DNA of 16,935 nucleotides from a virus (Duplodnaviria; Heunggongvirae; Uroviricota; Caudoviricetes): IMG/VR virus record IMGVR_UViG_2698536549_000010, positions 1 to 16,935 of that record; one strand, 5' to 3'. Shown piece by piece: positions 12,725 to 16,935 of this stretch (position 1 is its first letter; each line of letters starts with the position of its first letter). The notes under the pieces were generated by a model. It saw only the letters and a program-made list of their open reading frames with translations, ran no database searches and was not told where the DNA came from. The position numbers and the translations under genes were made by a program.

Positions 12725-14226
12725 TGGCAATTATTGATGATGTGATAGGCGTGTTTTCCCCCGGATGGAAAGCAGCCAGACTGCGTTCAAGGGCGTTAAT
12801 CATGGCCTATGAGGCGGTGAAACCGACCCGGACACATAAAGCCCGGCGGGAAAATCGCTCTGCTGATCAGCTCAGTAAATACGGTGCGGTTTCCCTGCGG
12901 GAGCAGGCCCGTTTTCTGGATATCAATCATGACCTGGTGATTGGTGTGTTTGACAAGCTGGAAGAGCGGGTGATTGGTGCCAGGGGAATTATTGTGGAGC
13001 CTCAGCCATTACGAAAAAACGGGGAAATGGCGGCAGAGCTGGCTGCGGATATCCGCCGGTTGTGGGCTGAATGGTCCGTGAGTCCGGATGTGACAGGGCA
13101 GTATACCCGTCCCGTGCTTGAACGTTTACTGCTGCGGACCTGGCTGCGGGATGGTGAAGTGTTTGCGCAGATGGTCAGTGGTGCGGGAAACGGTCTGGAA
13201 CGGACGGCGGGAGTGCCATTCTGGCTTGAGGCGATGGAGCCGGATTTTGTTCCCATGCGCACTGATGAATCCGCCGGACTGAATCAGGGGGTTTTTCTTG
13301 ATGAGTGGGGAAGACCGAAAAAATATCTGGTTTATAAAAATTATCCGGTCAGCGGCCGGCAGAGTGATACGAAAGAAATCGCTGCCGGAAAAATGATCCA
13401 CCTGAAGTTCACTCGTCGTCTGCATCAGACGCGAGGCTCATCCATGTTATCGGGGGTGCTGATGCGGATCAGTGCCCTTAAAGAGTATGAGGATGCGGAA
13501 CTGACAGCGGCGCGTATTGCTGCGGCGCTGGGACTGTATATCCGTAAAGGTGACGGACAGGACTATGAAGATCCGGGGATCAAAGAAACCGAGCGGGAAG
13601 TCCATATCACCCCGGGTATTATTTATGACGATTTGCGCAAGGGCGAGGATATCGGCATGGTCAAATCTGACCGTCCCAATCCCAACCTTGAAACTTTCCG
13701 CAACGGCCAGTTGCGTGCAGTGGCAGCTGGCAGTCGTCTGAGTTTTTCCAGTGCGGCGCGTAACTATAACGGCACCTACAGCGCCCAGCGGCAGGAGCTG
13801 GTCGAGTCCACGGATGGTTACCTGATCCTGCAGGACTGTTTTATTGGTGCGGTAACCCGCCCGGTGTACCGGACATGGCTGAATATGGTGGTTGCGGCAG
13901 GTCTGCTGAAAATTCCGGCGGATGTGGCGATGAAAACGCTATATAACGCGACGTATTCCGGTCCAGTGATGCCGTGGATCGACCCGGTTAAGGAAGCTGA
14001 AGCCTGGAGAATTCAGATCCGGGGTGGTGCAGCGACAGAATCTGACTGGGTGCGTGCCGGCGGGCGCAATCCGGATGAGGTCAAACGTCGCCGCAAGGCT
14101 GAAATTGATGAAAACAGCAGACTGGGGCTGGTCTTTGATACTGACCCCGTCAACGACAAAGGAGGCAACAGTGCCGGAACTGAACGACAGTATCAGCGTG
14201 ACACCGAAAGCCAGCATGAAGAATAA
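12724..14226 (+). CDS. portal protein (lambda gpB family)
   Basis: 500 aa in the canonical position between gpW and the prohead protease. Its start overlaps the gpW stop (TAATG). Confidence 0.8.
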   Translation: MAIIDDVIGVFSPGWKAARLRSRALIMAYEAVKPTRTHKARRENRSADQLSKYGAVSLREQARFLDINHDLVIGVFDKLEERVIGARGIIVEPQPLRKNGEMAAELAADIRRLWAEWSVSPDVTGQYTRPVLERLLLRTWLRDGEVFAQMVSGAGNGLERTAGVPFWLEAMEPDFVPMRTDESAGLNQGVFLDEWGRPKKYLVYKNYPVSGRQSDTKEIAAGKMIHLKFTRRLHQTRGSSMLSGVLMRISALKEYEDAELTAARIAAALGLYIRKGDGQDYEDPGIKETEREVHITPGIIYDDLRKGEDIGMVKSDRPNPNLETFRNGQLRAVAAGSRLSFSSAARNYNGTYSAQRQELVESTDGYLILQDCFIGAVTRPVYRTWLNMVVAAGLLKIPADVAMKTLYNATYSGPVMPWIDPVKEAEAWRIQIRGGAATESDWVRAGGRNPDEVKRRRKAEIDENSRLGLVFDTDPVNDKGGNSAGTERQYQRDTESQHEE

Positions 14227-16195
14227 ATCCTGGTTCAGGATGCAGGCTGGGGGGCCGGGTGACGCGGATATTTATATTTATGACGAGATTGGTTTCTGGG
14301 GAGTTACCGCGAAGCAGTTTGTCAGCGAACTGAATGCTCTGGGTGATATCACCCACATTAATCTCCACATCAACTCACCGGGTGGCGATGTCTTTGAAGG
14401 CATCGCCATTTTTAATTCCCTGAAAAATCAGGGGGCGACCATTACCGTGTATGTGGATGGCGTTGCCGCCTCGATGGCATCTGTGATTGCGATGGCCGGT
14501 GATACGGTCATTATGCCGGAAAATGCCTTCATGATGATCCATAAGCCATGGGGATTCAGTGGCGGGGATGCTGAGGATATGCGCAGTTATGCTGATTTGC
14601 TGGATAAAGTCGAATCGGTACTGTTGCCAGCCTATGCGCAGAAAACCGGAAAAACCACCGATGAAATTGCCGCCATGCTGGCGGATGAAACCTGGATGTC
14701 CGGTGCCGAATGTCTGGCACACGGATTTGCTGACCAGGTGACACCCGCTGTTGAGGCAATGGCATGTATTCAGTCAAAACGTACAGAGGAATTTAAAAAG
14801 ATGCCGGAATCCATCCGAAACATGATTACTCCGCCACGCAACAGTGCCCCGCGTGATACCACAGTGACAATCCCTGCACCGGCGGTAACAGAACCATCAC
14901 CGGTACCGGCAGTGTCTGATGAGGCGACCATTCGCGCCCGCGTTATGGCTGAGCAGAAAGCCCGCATGTCAGGCATTAACGATCTGTTTGCCATGTTCGG
15001 CGGTCGCTATCAGACGCTTCAGGCACAGTGCGTGGCTGATCCTGACTGTTCGCTGGAAATGGCCCGTGAACGTCTGCTGAATGAAATGGGCAAGGAGTCC
15101 TCGCCGACCAACAAAAACACACCGGCCCATATTTATGCCGGAAACGGCAATTTTGTGGGAGACGGGATCCGCCAGGCGATGCTGGCCCGTGCCGGATTTG
15201 AAAATGTCGAGAAGGATAACGCCTATAACGGGATGACCCTGCGTGAATGGGCTCGTATGTCACTGACGGAGCGCGGTATTGGGGTGGCCAGTTATAACCC
15301 CATGCAGATGGTCGGGCTGGCGCTTACGCACAGCACCTCTGATTTTGGCAATATCCTGCTGGATGTGTCGAACAAGGGGCTGATCCAGGGCTGGGAGGAA
15401 TCAGAAGAAACCTTCCAGAAGTGGACCCGTAAGGGACGCCTGTCAGACTTCAAAACAGCGTATCGCGTGGGGATGGGCGGTTTTGGTTCTCTGCGCCAGG
15501 TTCGTGAGGGGGCGGAGTATAAATACATCACCACCTCAGATCGCAAGGAGACCATTGCTCTGGCCACCTACGGGGAGATTTTCTCCATCACCCGCCAGGC
15601 CATTATCAATGATGATCTGAATATGCTGGTGGACGTGCCGATGAAGATGGGGCGTGCGGCGAAGGCAACGATTGGTGACCTGGTCTACAAGGTGCTGACG
15701 GATAACCCGAAACTGTCCGACGGTAAGGCGCTGTTCCATGCCGATCACAAAAATATTGCCACCGGGGGGATCTCCGTTTCCGGACTGGATGCGGCCCGTC
15801 AGATGATGCGCCTGCAGAAAGAAGGCGATCGTGCCCTGAATATCCGTCCGGCCTTTATGCTGGTACCGGTGGCACTGGAGACGGTGGCGAACCAGACCAT
15901 CAAATCGGCCAGTGTGAAAGGGGCGGATGCAAACGCCGGTGTCATTAACCCTATCCAGAACTTTGCTGAGGTGATTGCAGAAGCGCGTCTTGATGCGGCA
16001 GATCCGAAAACCTGGTATCTGGCGGCGGCACAGGGCACTGACACCATTGAAGTGGCCTGGCTGGATGGTGTGGACACGCCATACATTGATCAGCAGGAAG
16101 GTTTCACCACTGACGGTATTGCCACAAAAATCCGTATTGATGCCGGAGTGGCACCACTTGACTGGCGCGGGCTGGTGCGTTCGTCGGTGGCCTGA
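14171..16195 (+). CDS. ClpP-like prohead protease fused to a major capsid protein, prophage copy
   Basis: Continuous ORF with GVAASMAS and MMIHKP ClpP-type motifs, a Pro-rich linker, and a C-terminal capsid domain. The GTG at 14171 has AAAGGAGG 6 nt upstream; the ATG at 14216 (MKNKSWF) is an alternative start that matches the island paralog N-terminus (MKTWFS). Confidence 0.8.
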   Translation: MPELNDSISVTPKASMKNKSWFRMQAGGPGDADIYIYDEIGFWGVTAKQFVSELNALGDITHINLHINSPGGDVFEGIAIFNSLKNQGATITVYVDGVAASMASVIAMAGDTVIMPENAFMMIHKPWGFSGGDAEDMRSYADLLDKVESVLLPAYAQKTGKTTDEIAAMLADETWMSGAECLAHGFADQVTPAVEAMACIQSKRTEEFKKMPESIRNMITPPRNSAPRDTTVTIPAPAVTEPSPVPAVSDEATIRARVMAEQKARMSGINDLFAMFGGRYQTLQAQCVADPDCSLEMARERLLNEMGKESSPTNKNTPAHIYAGNGNFVGDGIRQAMLARAGFENVEKDNAYNGMTLREWARMSLTERGIGVASYNPMQMVGLALTHSTSDFGNILLDVSNKGLIQGWEESEETFQKWTRKGRLSDFKTAYRVGMGGFGSLRQVREGAEYKYITTSDRKETIALATYGEIFSITRQAIINDDLNMLVDVPMKMGRAAKATIGDLVYKVLTDNPKLSDGKALFHADHKNIATGGISVSGLDAARQMMRLQKEGDRALNIRPAFMLVPVALETVANQTIKSASVKGADANAGVINPIQNFAEVIAEARLDAADPKTWYLAAAQGTDTIEVAWLDGVDTPYIDQQEGFTTDGIATKIRIDAGVAPLDWRGLVRSSVA

Positions 16196-16217
16196 TAACC
16201 GCGTTATCACAATCACT

Positions 16218-16237
16218 GCCCGAAAGGGCTTTTTTTA
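16218..16237 (+). terminator. rho-independent terminator after the prophage capsid gene
   Basis: GCCC-GAAA-GGGC hairpin followed by TTTTTTT (16230..16236). Confidence 0.5.
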
Positions 16238-16282
16238 TGCCTGAAAAACAGCCCCACAGGGGCTGTCCGGAGAAACAGCATT

Positions 16283-16609
16283 ATGGCGAAAAATTTTGTA
16301 CAGGACGGTACCACCATTGAACTGGTGAATGCCGGAGATCAGACCATCCTGAGCGGTGCTGCGGTGGTGGTCGGCAGTATGGTGGCCGTGGCCATTACCG
16401 ATATTCCTGCCGGTGAGGCCGGTGACGGTTTTGCCGAAGGCGTGTTCCTGCTGCCCAAACAGTCTGCTGACGACATTCAGTCCGGCGCGGTGGTTTATCT
16501 GAAGGACGGGGTTGTGCAGCTGGCTGCCGACGGTGCGGTGGCCGCGGGGGTAGCCTGGGAAAATGCTCCTGCAAACAGCGCCACTGTGGCGGTAAAAATC
16601 AATGTCTGA
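16283..16609 (+). CDS. head decoration protein
   Basis: 108 aa, Gly/Ala/Val-rich, located directly after the major capsid gene. Confidence 0.55.
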   Translation: MAKNFVQDGTTIELVNAGDQTILSGAAVVVGSMVAVAITDIPAGEAGDGFAEGVFLLPKQSADDIQSGAVVYLKDGVVQLAADGAVAAGVAWENAPANSATVAVKINV

Positions 16610-16883
16610 TCTGTTTACGCGAATGTGTTGCCGGATGGACGTGGCGACCGTTCGGATGATGGGCAAACAGGCGGAGATTAACGGCGTCGTGTACGACGTG
16701 ATGCCGGAGGAAGAGTCCGCGGAGATGGGGGCGCTTTCGGGCAGCCAGTTGTCACTGGTGGTGTTTTCAGCCCGGTACCGTCCGGCCCGTCATGATGTTG
16801 TTGTGTTTGCGGGGCGCACACTGACGGTGACCCGTTATGACACGTACAACGGTAAACCCCGGATTTTTGTCGAACAGGAATGA
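16602..16883 (+). CDS. head-tail connector protein (lambda gpFII-like)
   Basis: 93 aa. The N-terminal DLFTRM resembles the lambda FII DNLFDA (from memory). Gene order is decoration, FII-like, Z-like. Confidence 0.45.
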   Translation: MSDLFTRMCCRMDVATVRMMGKQAEINGVVYDVMPEEESAEMGALSGSQLSLVVFSARYRPARHDVVVFAGRTLTVTRYDTYNGKPRIFVEQE

Positions 16884-16885
16884 GT

Positions 16886-16935
16886 ATGGCAATAAAAGGT
16901 CTGGCGCAGGCCATGAAAAATCTGGATGCAATTGA
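16886..16935 (+). CDS. tail protein (lambda gpZ-like), 3' partial
   Basis: MAIKGLAQAMKNLDAI matches the recalled lambda Z N-terminus MAIKGLEQAVENL. AGGAA lies 6 nt upstream. The gene runs off the end of the window. Confidence 0.4.
   Translation, partial: MAIKGLAQAMKNLDAI

Noticed and set aside
14024-14170. Upstream extension of the prophage protease/capsid ORF to the ATG at 14024
   Set aside because: It would overlap the last ~200 bp of the portal gene in another frame. A strong SD precedes the GTG at 14171, and the paralog N-terminus aligns with the ATG at 14216.
15536-16216. 226-aa minus-strand ORF, and other antisense ORFs within the portal and capsid genes (for example 14375..14722, 14976..15263, 16235..16666)
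   Set aside because: Shadow ORFs opposite strongly supported structural genes.
1-16935. CRISPR array or recognisable defence-system genes
   Set aside because: No spacer-repeat periodicity and no nuclease, helicase or methyltransferase signature motifs recognisable by eye in the unassigned ORFs, though small ORFs of unknown function remain.

Overview
This window holds the head and packaging module of a lambdoid prophage, and its terminase large-subunit gene is split in two by a ~10-kb integrase-bearing element that looks like a P4-type phage satellite. The prophage genes, all on the + strand, are a Nu1-like small terminase (5' partial), the gpA-like large terminase (N-terminal part 368..1375, C-terminal part 11394..12515), a gpW-like protein, a portal, a ClpP-protease/major-capsid fusion, a decoration protein, an FII-like protein and the start of a Z-like protein. 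The inserted element (about 1366..11396) is bounded by an imperfect 15-bp direct repeat whose identical 7-bp core CTGGATG sits in the same codon phase at both junctions, so precise excision would rejoin the terminase reading frame. The element carries a P4-family integrase, an AlpA-like regulator, a Bro-N protein, a divergent regulator with operator dyads, an early operon ending in a P4 alpha-like primase, an iteron cluster, and its own diverged protease/capsid paralog flanked by ~95-bp direct repeats. A run of 50 N (5726..5775) is an assembly gap inside the element. All calls rest on reading the sequence and the ORF track and on recalled family motifs; no database search was run, and unrecognised ORFs are left as hypothetical.
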